Assembly: GCA_036375035.1 (NCBI GenBank)
Contig: DASUSP010000122.1
Coordinates: forward strand, 1 to 29,413
Direction of reading: 5' to 3'
DNA length: 29,413 bases
Origin: Candidatus Limnocylindria bacterium
Lineage (GTDB): Bacteria; Chloroflexota; Limnocylindria; QHBO01
This document shows positions 1-8,503 of the stretch, piece by piece. A program made the translations under genes and the position numbers. The notes beneath the pieces are model-generated. The model did not search any database, was not told the DNA's origin, and worked only from the letters and a program-made list of their open reading frames with translations. Position 1 is the first letter of the stretch, and the number at the start of each line of letters is the position of its first letter.

Positions 1-5
1 CCGGT

Positions 6-11
6 CTCCTT
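6..11 (-). promoter_or_regulatory. Probable Shine-Dalgarno for a further gene starting just outside the window (operon may continue leftwards)
   Basis: The minus strand reads ...GGAAAAGGAGACCGG at the window edge, about 50 nt after the cytochrome b stop, with no terminator between. Confidence 0.4.
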
Positions 12-59
12 TTCCGAATCTTCTGGGCCGACGCGGACGCCGACCCCCAATGAGCCGTG

Positions 60-1439
60 CTACTCCCTCAGACTCAACAGGTACGTCACGAGATCGTCGA
101 GCTGCTGAGTGGAGAGCCCGTCGTAGGCCGGCATCTCATCATCCTCGGGAGTGACGATCTGCCTCCGCATCTCCGCCTCCTCCCAGCGACGCCCGGCTCG
201 CGAGAGGTCGGGGCCAACGTCGCCTCCGATGCCACGGATCTCATGGCAGGAGCTGCATCCCTGGGCGTTGTAAACCTCCAGGCCGGCGAGCTCGCCGCGG
301 GACATGCCCACGGTCGGTGGAACTGCGACCGATACCGGCGGGTTCGCGCTCGCCCCGAGGTAGGTGAGGCCCAGGACACCGATCACCACGGCCGCCGTCA
401 GACCCATCGCGACTGGCCGCTGGCGCGGGTGTCGGCCGCGACCCCGATCGATGAAGGGAACGAGGATAAAGATGATCGAAGCGAGCGTGAAAGTCAGGAA
501 GATCAGCAGCGGCTCCAGGCTGCCGGTGAAGTACCAGAGGAGCTGGAAGAGGTCGAGGAAATACCACTCCGGACGGGGAACGTAGTTCGTAGCGTTCGGG
601 TCGGCCTGCGGCTCGAGCGGCGCCCCCGCACCGAGCGCCAGGGCCAAGACCACGATGGTCAGGATGGCGGCGATGACGGCGTCCTTCAGGAGGGGTTCCC
701 AGAACGGCTTGCCGGCCCGCTTCTCGGCGGCATACTCGCGTTCGTAGGCTTCGCGGCGGGACAGACCCGGCACGGACTCCACGAGCGGCTGGCGGCGGGG
801 CGAGGCGGCAATCCCCTGGCGGATGACCGCGAACAGGTGAGTGCCCACGAGCATGAGGAGCGCGGCCGGCAGCACCCAGATGTGAATGCCGTAGAAGCGG
901 GCGAGCGTGACGGCACCCAGCTGCTCGCCGCCGCGCAAGAGTTCGAGCACAGCCCCGCCGATGAAAGGCGCCGAGCCGGCGATGTCTGTGCCCACGACGG
1001 TCGCCCAGTAAGCCTTCTGGTCCCAGGGCAAGAGGTAGCCGGTGAAGGCGAAGCCCAGGACGACGAAGAACAGGCCGGCGCCGATCAGCCAGGTGAGTTC
1101 GCGCGGGTAACGGTGAGCGCCCCAGATGAAGACGCGCAGAACGTGCAGCCCAATGAACAGGACCAGTAACCCGGCTGCCCAGCGGTGGGTGGCGCGGACG
1201 GCAGCACCGAACGGGGTCTGGTCGATATAGAGGACGCTCTCATACGCGTGGTCCGGGCTGGGAACGTATGACATCGAGAGCGCGATGCCGGTCACGATCT
1301 GGACGACCAGGAGGAACAGCGTCGCGCTGCCGAGCGTATGGAACCAGCCGACGTTTCCTGGCACCCGTCGGTCGATGAAGGCCCGGACGAGCGGCGAAAC
1401 ATTGAGTCGCTCGTCAATCCAGCGAACGATGCGGCCCAT
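60..1439 (-). CDS. qcrB: Cytochrome b6-like + subunit IV + C-terminal monoheme cytochrome c fusion (QcrB-QcrC-like) of a Rieske/cytochrome b complex
   Basis: 459 aa. Heme-b His pairs in RATHRWAAGLLVLFIGLH and IHIWVLPAALLMLVGTH, GYLLPWDQKAYWA, Qo motif PEWY, and C-terminal CSSCH with a distal Met (EMPAY). Confidence 0.95.
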   Translation of the reverse strand: MGRIVRWIDERLNVSPLVRAFIDRRVPGNVGWFHTLGSATLFLLVVQIVTGIALSMSYVPSPDHAYESVLYIDQTPFGAAVRATHRWAAGLLVLFIGLHVLRVFIWGAHRYPRELTWLIGAGLFFVVLGFAFTGYLLPWDQKAYWATVVGTDIAGSAPFIGGAVLELLRGGEQLGAVTLARFYGIHIWVLPAALLMLVGTHLFAVIRQGIAASPRRQPLVESVPGLSRREAYEREYAAEKRAGKPFWEPLLKDAVIAAILTIVVLALALGAGAPLEPQADPNATNYVPRPEWYFLDLFQLLWYFTGSLEPLLIFLTFTLASIIFILVPFIDRGRGRHPRQRPVAMGLTAAVVIGVLGLTYLGASANPPVSVAVPPTVGMSRGELAGLEVYNAQGCSSCHEIRGIGGDVGPDLSRAGRRWEEAEMRRQIVTPEDDEMPAYDGLSTQQLDDLVTYLLSLRE

Positions 1440-1442
1440 CGC

Positions 1443-2081
1443 TCAAGCCTTGTCCTGCAGCTCGCCGGCGAACACGTCGTCGCCCTCGATCCGCGCCTCG
1501 TACCGGATCATCGGCCGTGGCGGCGGGCCGCCGATCACGCGGCCGTCGGCGTCGAAGGACCCACCGTGGCAAGGGCAGACGAAGCTACGCGAGCCGGGCG
1601 ACCAGCCGAGCGGACAGCCGAGATGGGTGCAGTGTGGATCGAAGACCGATACATCGGTCTCGCTCGTGCGCACGACGTACATCCCCACCGGCGCGTTCTC
1701 CTGCACCCACCCGTCAACCACGGGTCGGTCGACCTTGACGTACTGCGGGACACCCACCTCAAAGTCGGTCAGCCTGCCGACCGATGCGAGGGCGCTCGAG
1801 CGCAACGTCGGTACGACGGAGACGGAGAGGAGCCGTGCAGGAGTCTTGGCCTGCCAGCCCGGTGCTGAGGCGAATCCTGCGATAGGGATGCCCAGTGCTG
1901 CGGCGATTCCGCCGGCGATCAGCCCGAGCGCCCGCAGGACGAAGTTCCGGCGCGACAGCGCGGCTTTCTCGTCCGGCGGCTCGCCGGATGCCGCAGCCGA
2001 GCCGGCTGGGCCCGGCCCCGTGGCGCCCGGCTCGATGGAGCCGCTCGACATCCCCTCGATGGATTCGTGCTCGCCTTCCAC
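1443..2081 (-). CDS. qcrA: Rieske [2Fe-2S] subunit of the quinol:cytochrome c oxidoreductase
   Basis: Box motifs CTHLGC and CPCHGG; Tat-like SRRNFVLRALG followed by a hydrophobic anchor. Start placed at GTG 2081 (GGAGG 6 nt upstream); ATG 2051 is an alternative. The ORF-track start at 2237 is probably too long. Confidence 0.93.
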   Translation of the reverse strand: MEGEHESIEGMSSGSIEPGATGPGPAGSAAASGEPPDEKAALSRRNFVLRALGLIAGGIAAALGIPIAGFASAPGWQAKTPARLLSVSVVPTLRSSALASVGRLTDFEVGVPQYVKVDRPVVDGWVQENAPVGMYVVRTSETDVSVFDPHCTHLGCPLGWSPGSRSFVCPCHGGSFDADGRVIGGPPPRPMIRYEARIEGDDVFAGELQDKA

Positions 2082-2140
2082 CGCTGACCTCCGCCGTCCA
2101 TGCTCGCGCGCTGGCGGGTGGCCTCCATCCGTATATCCTC

Positions 2141-2158
2141 TCTGCGGACATCCGCAGA
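2141..2158. promoter_or_regulatory. Perfect 8-2-8 inverted repeat, candidate response-regulator binding site
   Basis: TCTGCGGA-CA-TCCGCAGA lies in the divergent intergenic region between the Rieske gene and the response regulator, with related half-sites at 2164-2170 and 2248-2253. Confidence 0.5.
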
Positions 2159-2266
2159 ACTGCCTGCGGGATCCCCCGATCACCGGCGCCGCACGTGACG
2201 TTCGGCCCTTTGCATGCGGCGTGACCTGCCGTATCAACCAACGATCACCGCAGGGAGGCGGGGCGC

Positions 2267-2914
2267 GTGGCGGCCGAGATGATCACGGTCCTGCTGGGCG
2301 ACGATCACGCCGTCGTCCGCGACGGCACGCGCCAGATTCTGGAGCGCGACGAATCGATCACCGTTGTCGGCGAGGCGGCCGACGGCGCCGAGGCGGTGCG
2401 GCTCGCTAGGCAGCTGGCCCCCGACGTAGTCCTGCTTGATGTCGCGCTACCCGTCCTGAACGGGATTGAGGCCACGCGTGAAATCCGTTCAGGACCACGC
2501 GCGCCCTACGTCCTCCTGCTCAGTGCCTATGACGACCAGGACTACGTCGTGGCGGCGATCGAGGCCGGGGCCAGTGGCTATCTGCTCAAGACGGCCAGCG
2601 CGCTGGACGTCGTGGCTGCCATCCGAGCGGTGGTCCGTGGCGAGGTGGTGCTGCACCCCATGCTGGCGAGACGACTTGCGGCGCGATCTCACGACGACGC
2701 GGAGGTCTTGTCGGATCGGGAACGAGAGGTCGTCCAGCTGGCCGCAGGCGGCATGGGCAACAAGCAGATCGCCGACACGCTCTCCTTGAGCATCCGGACC
2801 GTGGAGGCCCACTTCACAAGCGTCTTCAACAAGCTTGGCGTGGCGAACCGCACCGAGGCGATCGCGACGGCAGCCCATCGCGGCTGGCTGCGCCGAGAGG
2901 GCGGCGGGTCGTGA
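2267..2914 (+). CDS. NarL/FixJ (LuxR-HTH) family response regulator
   Basis: Receiver domain (LGDDH, VLLDVALP phospho-Asp, GYLLK) plus LuxR HTH (LSDREREVVQLAAGGMGNKQIADTLSLSIRTVEAH); GTG start with GGAGG upstream. Confidence 0.95.
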   Translation: MAAEMITVLLGDDHAVVRDGTRQILERDESITVVGEAADGAEAVRLARQLAPDVVLLDVALPVLNGIEATREIRSGPRAPYVLLLSAYDDQDYVVAAIEAGASGYLLKTASALDVVAAIRAVVRGEVVLHPMLARRLAARSHDDAEVLSDREREVVQLAAGGMGNKQIADTLSLSIRTVEAHFTSVFNKLGVANRTEAIATAAHRGWLRREGGGS

Positions 2915-4368
2915 GCCAGATGCTCCTGGCTCGCGAGTCGCGCGATCGGCCTCGGCTTGTCCACTGGCTTCAGGCTTGGTGGCCGCCCCTGCACCGACGG
3001 GAATTCTGGATCGTGCAGGCGTTGGTCCTGGCGATTGCGCTGGGGCATGCTCTCGTGGAGACCACGGGGCTCCTCGACCTCCACGGCGCCGATTTCTTGC
3101 CCGTATCGCTGTACCTGCTCCCGGTGGTATACGCCGCGCTCAACTTCGGGATGCGTGGCGCGGCCCCCACCGCGATCTGGTCGTTCGTGCTGACCGTCCC
3201 GAACATCGGCCTCTGGCATGCGGGCGCCGGTGCCCTCGGTGAGCTGTGGCAGGCGAGCCTGGTCGTGGGCGTGGGACTGTTCGTTGGCCACTGGGTGGAT
3301 CGCGAACGCAAGGCGCGCCAGGAGGCCGAGTCGCGGGAACGTGAACGGCGTGCGTCGGAGGCTCGATATCGCGGACTGTTTGACGTGGCCGCGGATCCCA
3401 TCCTCCTGCTCGACCAGGACGGGCTGATCCTGGAAGCCAACGCTGCTGCCGTCACGCTCCTTGAGCGCCCGCCGGCCGTCCTGCGGGGCATGAACGTCGG
3501 CGAGCTGAACCCGGCAATCTGGCGAGCGATCCAGGGACACGCCGTCGAGGGCGGGAAGCCGCTGGAGGTCTCGCGGGACACGGACCGCATCTGGGTCGAG
3601 CCGGTTGCCGTCCCGTTCCAGGATGCCGACGGCCGTTCTCGCGTGCTGGCCCAGCTGCGCGACGTGACCTTCGCGATGGAACGGCAGCAGCTTGTCGAAA
3701 GCTTCGCTCGGCGCACCGTTGCGGCGCGCGAGGAGGAACGTCGGCGCGTCGCTCGCGATCTGCACGATGGCCCGCTGCAATCCCTGATGTTGCTGTGGAG
3801 GAGCCTTGATGAGGCCCAGGAGCAAACCCACGGCACGCCACCGCTCGGATTGGCGTCAGCTCGGAGCCGCGCCGAAGAGGTGGCCGACGAGCTGCGCCGA
3901 TTCAGCAGGGATCTGCGACCGTCGGTGCTAGACGATCTGGGGCTCGCAGCGGCCCTGAAGGCGGAGACCTCGGCCGTCGGCAGCCGGGCCGGACTCACGG
4001 CATCCTTCGAGGTCGTTGGCGATCAGCGGCGTCTCCCGATGGAGATCGAGCTGACCGTGCTTCGCATCTGCCAGGAAGCGCTGCGGAACATCGAACGCCA
4101 CGCACGCGCGAAGCACGCCGCCGTTCGCTTCGAGCTCGAGCCCGATCGCTACCGCCTGTCCGTCGCTGACGATGGTGTGGGAATCCCGCCGCTGCCGCCA
4201 CCCACCGATCTGGTCGCTGCCGGCCGGCTGGGAATCGTTGGTATGCAGGAGCGGGCCCGGCTGGTGGGCGCTGCCTGCCGCATCTCGAGGTCGCACCCAT
4301 GGAGCGCCGTCGTGCAGGTGGTCGGCCCGACAAGCATCGGCCTGGATGGGGCATCCGACGAGGCTTGA
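2911..4368 (+). CDS. Membrane sensor histidine kinase (TM region, PAS, HisKA_3, HATPase)
   Basis: N-terminal hydrophobic helices; PAS-like YRGLFDVAADPILLLDQDGLILEANAAA; H-box REEERRRVARDLHDG; N-box QEALRNIERHA; DDGVG; GIVGMQERA. GTGA overlap with the regulator. Confidence 0.93.
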   Translation: MSQMLLARESRDRPRLVHWLQAWWPPLHRREFWIVQALVLAIALGHALVETTGLLDLHGADFLPVSLYLLPVVYAALNFGMRGAAPTAIWSFVLTVPNIGLWHAGAGALGELWQASLVVGVGLFVGHWVDRERKARQEAESRERERRASEARYRGLFDVAADPILLLDQDGLILEANAAAVTLLERPPAVLRGMNVGELNPAIWRAIQGHAVEGGKPLEVSRDTDRIWVEPVAVPFQDADGRSRVLAQLRDVTFAMERQQLVESFARRTVAAREEERRRVARDLHDGPLQSLMLLWRSLDEAQEQTHGTPPLGLASARSRAEEVADELRRFSRDLRPSVLDDLGLAAALKAETSAVGSRAGLTASFEVVGDQRRLPMEIELTVLRICQEALRNIERHARAKHAAVRFELEPDRYRLSVADDGVGIPPLPPPTDLVAAGRLGIVGMQERARLVGAACRISRSHPWSAVVQVVGPTSIGLDGASDEA

Positions 4369-4372
4369 GGCG

Positions 4373-4939
4373 CTACGGCGCTTGCCTCGATCGCGGGACT
4401 TCACTCCAGTAGCGCCGCAGGCGGTGAGCTGCGGCGTCCTGGGCACGCGCCAGGGTGGCCCTGCACCAGCCGGTCCAGGCAAAGACCGCCGCGAGCCACA
4501 CCGCGAGCGTGAGGGGCACGTCCACCAGCACCGTCATGAGCACCTGGTCGGGCGAGCTCAGATGGTGATGCACGAGCACGGCGCCCACCGCAGCGAGCCA
4601 GCCCACGATCATGAATATCGACACGCGCCGCGCGAATCGCGCGAGCGCGGGGTCTACCTCCGCGGCCCCCGCCCAGGCATCCGAGACGGGAGGCGCCGGG
4701 CGCAGCAGAAGCAACGCTCCGGTGATCAACGAGTACCCGACGGCACCGATCGGCAGCAGGAGATGGAAGGCATCGTGGACCGGATCCTCCAGCCTGGCGA
4801 TCAGGGGCACGCTCGCGAAGGCGGCAACGACGCTGAAGCCGACCACGGCGCGGACCACGATGCCGTTGAGGGCCGCGATCACCGGAGCCTCGACGAAGCT
4901 CCGCGGATCAAGCTCGGCCGTCGGGCGGGCCGCGTTCAT
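4373..4939 (-). CDS. Hypothetical membrane protein (about 4 TM segments)
   Basis: 188 aa with several hydrophobic stretches and GGAGGA upstream; it fills the gap between neighbours; no family recognised. Confidence 0.65.
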   Translation of the reverse strand: MNAARPTAELDPRSFVEAPVIAALNGIVVRAVVGFSVVAAFASVPLIARLEDPVHDAFHLLLPIGAVGYSLITGALLLLRPAPPVSDAWAGAAEVDPALARFARRVSIFMIVGWLAAVGAVLVHHHLSSPDQVLMTVLVDVPLTLAVWLAAVFAWTGWCRATLARAQDAAAHRLRRYWSEVPRSRQAP

Positions 4940-5084
4940 CCACTCAGTTCCTCCGCCACGCTTGGGCGCGCCTCCACCCGGCGTGCAGACGCGCTAGGAA
5001 TGGTCGTCCGCTGGTGGAAGCGGGCGATAGGGCCGTTCGTCCCCGCGCAGGACGTGACAACCGTGGCGTCCCGGTGCCCCGACT

Positions 5085-5507
5085 TCAAAGGACCTGGTGC
5101 TCCCTGCGGTGCAGCCGATCGATGAGCTCATGGAGGACGACATCGGCCATGTCCGGGTACTCCTTGAGAAGGGCGGTGAACTCCCAGGCTGGCAGCAGGA
5201 GGCATTCGGTCTCCACCAGCGCCTTCACCGATGCCGTGCGCAACGTCTTTTCGATCAGCGCCACCTCACCGAAGAAGGCGTAGGGGACCAGTTCGCGCAG
5301 GACCTCGAGCGTTTCTCCCTCCTCCTGCTCCACCTGCACGCGTCCGCGCAGCACGATGTAGAGCGCGGATGCGGGATCGCCCTGCCTGATGATGTACTCG
5401 CCGGGGCCGTAGGCCCGCCGCGTGCCCTGCTCGGCCAGCCGGCGACGCACCTTCTGGTCCAGGCCCTCGAACAGTGGCACCTGGATGAGAACGTTCTCGA
5501 TGTCCAT
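5085..5507 (-). CDS. Stand-alone cyclic nucleotide-binding domain protein (no HTH)
   Basis: 140 aa; YGPGEYIIRQGDPASALYIVLRGRV, FFGEVALI and RTASVKA are CAP_ED motifs; it ends after the C-helix. Confidence 0.9.
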   Translation of the reverse strand: MDIENVLIQVPLFEGLDQKVRRRLAEQGTRRAYGPGEYIIRQGDPASALYIVLRGRVQVEQEEGETLEVLRELVPYAFFGEVALIEKTLRTASVKALVETECLLLPAWEFTALLKEYPDMADVVLHELIDRLHRREHQVL

Positions 5508-5516
5508 GACCTACCT

Positions 5517-5981
5517 CTAGCTGACCTTGGCGGCGCCGATGCGCTCGGCGACCTGGCGCTGGATGCGGCCCAGGAGGGCGGAGGCTCCTCGTAGCCTCAG
5601 GGGGCTGACCACCTCGGCAAGGGCCATGCGGGCAGTCACGTCACCCGGAACGCCCAGCACCTCGTCGGCGGCGAGCCCGTCCAGGGCGGCGTGGAAGATG
5701 CCGGCGAAGCCGCGGGTCGTGGGCGACTCCGGCGGAGCGTCCATGAAGAGCCGTACGCGGCCCTCGGCGTCCAGCTCGGTGGCGACGAAAAGCGGCGACT
5801 GGCACTCGGGCACCGGCTCCAGCCGCTCGGGATGGGCCGCGTAGCGTTCCGGGAGCGGCGGCAGCGACTGCGAGTACTCGAGCAGGAGCTCCAGCCGGTC
5901 GCGCGGCGGCGACGAGGCGAAGTCCCCGACGATCTCCGCCAGCCTGTCGGGCAGCCGATCAGGCATCGTCTCGGCGGTCAT
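5517..5981 (-). CDS. sufE: SufE-family sulfur-acceptor protein
   Basis: [26 protein letters not shown] (acceptor Cys), [21 protein letters not shown]; ATGA overlap with the sulfurtransferase. Confidence 0.9.
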   Translation of the reverse strand: MTAETMPDRLPDRLAEIVGDFASSPPRDRLELLLEYSQSLPPLPERYAAHPERLEPVPECQSPLFVATELDAEGRVRLFMDAPPESPTTRGFAGIFHAALDGLAADEVLGVPGDVTARMALAEVVSPLRLRGASALLGRIQRQVAERIGAAKVS

Positions 5982-6868
5982 CCGGCGTCGGCCTCAGCCT
6001 CTCGCTCGATCGGCATCCGCACCGCGTTGCCCCACTCGGTCCACGATCCGTCGTAATTGCGGACGCCACGGAAGCCGAGCAGGTAGGTCAGCGCGAACCA
6101 GGTGTGGCTCGAGCGCTCCCCGATGCGGCAGTAGACCACCACGTTATCGGTGGGTGACAGGCCCAGCTCGCCCTGGTACAGGGCCTCCAGCTCGTCACGC
6201 GGCTTGAAGGTACCGTCCTCGTTCGCGGCTCGCGCCCATGGCACGTTGACAGCGCCGGGGATGTGACCGCCGCGCAGCGCCCCCTCCTGCGGGTAGTTGG
6301 CCATGTGCAGCAGCCTGCCGGTGTACTCGTCCGGCGACCGGACGTCGACCAGCGGCTTGCCGAGGTGGGCCAGCACGTCGTCTCTGTAGGCACGGATGCG
6401 CGAATCGTCCCGCTGCACCACGGGATACTCGGCTGCGGGGCGGGATGGTGCATCGGTCGTCATCGGCCTGCCCTCCGCTTCCCACTTGGTGCGACCGCCA
6501 TCCAGCAGTCGGACGTCGGGATGGCCGAACAGGCTGAAAACCCACAGGGCGTAGGCGGCCCACCAGTTGGACTTGTCGCCGTAGAAGACCACCGTGGTGT
6601 CGCGACCGATGCCCTTGCGCCGCATGAGCTCGGCGAACCGCTCGGCGTCCAGGTAGTCGCGCGTCACCGGGTCGTTGAGCTCGGTGTGCCAGTCGACCTT
6701 CACCGCGCCGGGGATGTGGCCGGTCTCGTACAGCAGGATGTCCTCGTCCGACTCCACGACGGCGAGGTTCGGGTCACCCAGGTGCTCGGCCAGCCAGGCG
6801 GTGGTGACCAGCTTCTCCGGATTGGCGTATCGGGCCAGCTTGGGATCGGGATCGTTTGGGAGAGCCAT
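5978..6868 (-). CDS. sseA: Two-domain rhodanese / thiosulfate sulfurtransferase (SseA/CysA type)
   Basis: [22 protein letters not shown], active-site loop [10 protein letters not shown]-terminal YDGSWTEWG. Confidence 0.93.
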   Translation of the reverse strand: MALPNDPDPKLARYANPEKLVTTAWLAEHLGDPNLAVVESDEDILLYETGHIPGAVKVDWHTELNDPVTRDYLDAERFAELMRRKGIGRDTTVVFYGDKSNWWAAYALWVFSLFGHPDVRLLDGGRTKWEAEGRPMTTDAPSRPAAEYPVVQRDDSRIRAYRDDVLAHLGKPLVDVRSPDEYTGRLLHMANYPQEGALRGGHIPGAVNVPWARAANEDGTFKPRDELEALYQGELGLSPTDNVVVYCRIGERSSHTWFALTYLLGFRGVRNYDGSWTEWGNAVRMPIEREAEADAG

Positions 6869-7116
6869 GGTGTCGTGATGCTACCCCCGATGCCCGATCC
6901 CGTCGCCTGGCGGCATGTGACCCGGGCGACGCGGAGAAGTCACGGAGTGACGCTGGTCGCCAGCGCGGCTTCTGCCATTCGGTCGGCCGGGCTCGTTACC
7001 GCGGTCTCTGCCGGACCCGACTTCCTCTCACTAGTTTTCGGGCCGGTAGGCACTTGTGACGCCCCGCATCTGCTCCGATCCTCGGTCCTGTGACTCTCCG
7101 CTGTGGAGGCGAGAGG

Positions 7117-8484
7117 ATGCAGACCCCGGTTCGCGATGAACTCGTTCGCGACGCGCTCGACCACATCATCTTCCACGCGACTCCTCGCTCGCTCCTCGAG
7201 AAACGCGGCCCATGGGTGCTTCACCGTGGCGAGGGGGCGCTCCTGTACGACGCGGACGGGCGCGAGTACCTCGATGCGCTGTCAGGTGGTGTCTTCGCCG
7301 TCCTCGCCGGGTACGGACGAACGGAGATCGCCCGCGCCATGTCCCGGCAGGCCGAGACGCTGAACTACACCAGTCCCTATGGGACCACCAGCGCCGTGAC
7401 AGTGGACCTCGCGCGGAAGCTCGCGGCGCTTGCGCCCGGCGACCTTGATGCGTGCTTCTTCTGCAGCTCCGGGTCGGAAGCGGTGGAGGCGGCCATCAAG
7501 CTGGCTCGGCAGTACCACCAGGCGACTGGCGAGAGCCAGCGCTACAGGGTGGTGTCGCTCCGGCGTGCGTACCACGGCGCAACGATGGGCGCCCTGTCGG
7601 CCACCGGCTGGAGTCCCGGCTTCGGCGTGCTGCGTCGCAGCGCAGACCCCGCGGTCCCGGGCGTGGGCTTCGTGAGCGCCATGCCCCCGTACTGCCGCCA
7701 CTGCGAGCTCCGGCTCACCTACCCCTCCTGCGACCTTGCCTGCGCGACGACCGTCGAGCAGGCGATCCTGGGTAGCGATCCCGAGCTGGTCTCATGCGTC
7801 ATCGTCGAGCCGATCATGTCCACGGCAGGCTGCATCATCCCGCCACCCGACTACCTGGCAATGATCCGGCAGATCTGCGACCGGTACGGGGTCCTCCTGA
7901 TTTGCGACGAGGTGGTGTGCGGATTCGGCAGGACCGGCCGATGGTTCGGTGCCGACCACTTTGGCGTCATCCCCGACATCATGGTCGTCGCAAAGGGCCT
8001 CACCAGTGGCTATGCCCCGATGGCGGCGGCCATCGCGTGCCGCCGGATCGCCGACGCCATCCCGGTCTTCTGGGACGTCCACACCTATGGCGGGCACCCG
8101 GTGTCCGCGGCCGCCGCCGTGGCGAACATCGCGATCATCGAGCGCGAGAACCTGGTGGAGAACTCCGCCACCGTGGGCGCGTACATGCTCGAGCTGCTGC
8201 AGGGGCTGCGCGCGCATCGGCTGGTGAGCGACGTCCGCGGCCTCGGCCTGTTCATGGCTGTGGAGCTGAGCACGGATGGATCCGTCGACCTTGCGCTCGA
8301 CAACCAGGTGGCCGCGATCGCCCGCGAGATGGGCCTCTTCGTCCGGCCGCTGGGCGGGACGATCCTGCTCGGCCCGCCGCTGGTATACAGCCGCGACCAG
8401 GCTGCGCGGACCGTGGAGGTGCTCGATACCGCGCTCTCGAAGGTGGAGGCGGTCGAGCGGACGCCGGTGGGCGCCCCGCGGTAA
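7117..8484 (+). CDS. PLP-dependent class-III aminotransferase (omega-amine/diamine type)
   Basis: YLDALSGG, SGSEAVEAAIK, AYHGAT, IVEP, LICDEVVCGFGRTG, DIMVVAKGLTSGY (PLP Lys). ATG 7117 preferred (GAGAGG immediately upstream). Confidence 0.92.
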   Translation: MQTPVRDELVRDALDHIIFHATPRSLLEKRGPWVLHRGEGALLYDADGREYLDALSGGVFAVLAGYGRTEIARAMSRQAETLNYTSPYGTTSAVTVDLARKLAALAPGDLDACFFCSSGSEAVEAAIKLARQYHQATGESQRYRVVSLRRAYHGATMGALSATGWSPGFGVLRRSADPAVPGVGFVSAMPPYCRHCELRLTYPSCDLACATTVEQAILGSDPELVSCVIVEPIMSTAGCIIPPPDYLAMIRQICDRYGVLLICDEVVCGFGRTGRWFGADHFGVIPDIMVVAKGLTSGYAPMAAAIACRRIADAIPVFWDVHTYGGHPVSAAAAVANIAIIERENLVENSATVGAYMLELLQGLRAHRLVSDVRGLGLFMAVELSTDGSVDLALDNQVAAIAREMGLFVRPLGGTILLGPPLVYSRDQAARTVEVLDTALSKVEAVERTPVGAPR

Positions 8485-8503
8485 CGACGCCCGACCGATT
8501 GCC

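Noticed and set aside
6916-7094. Three TGTGAC half-sites (6916, 7055, 7089) suggesting CRP boxes near cNMP-domain genes
   Set aside because: None has the matching TCACA half at N6 spacing, and both local cNMP proteins lack an HTH.
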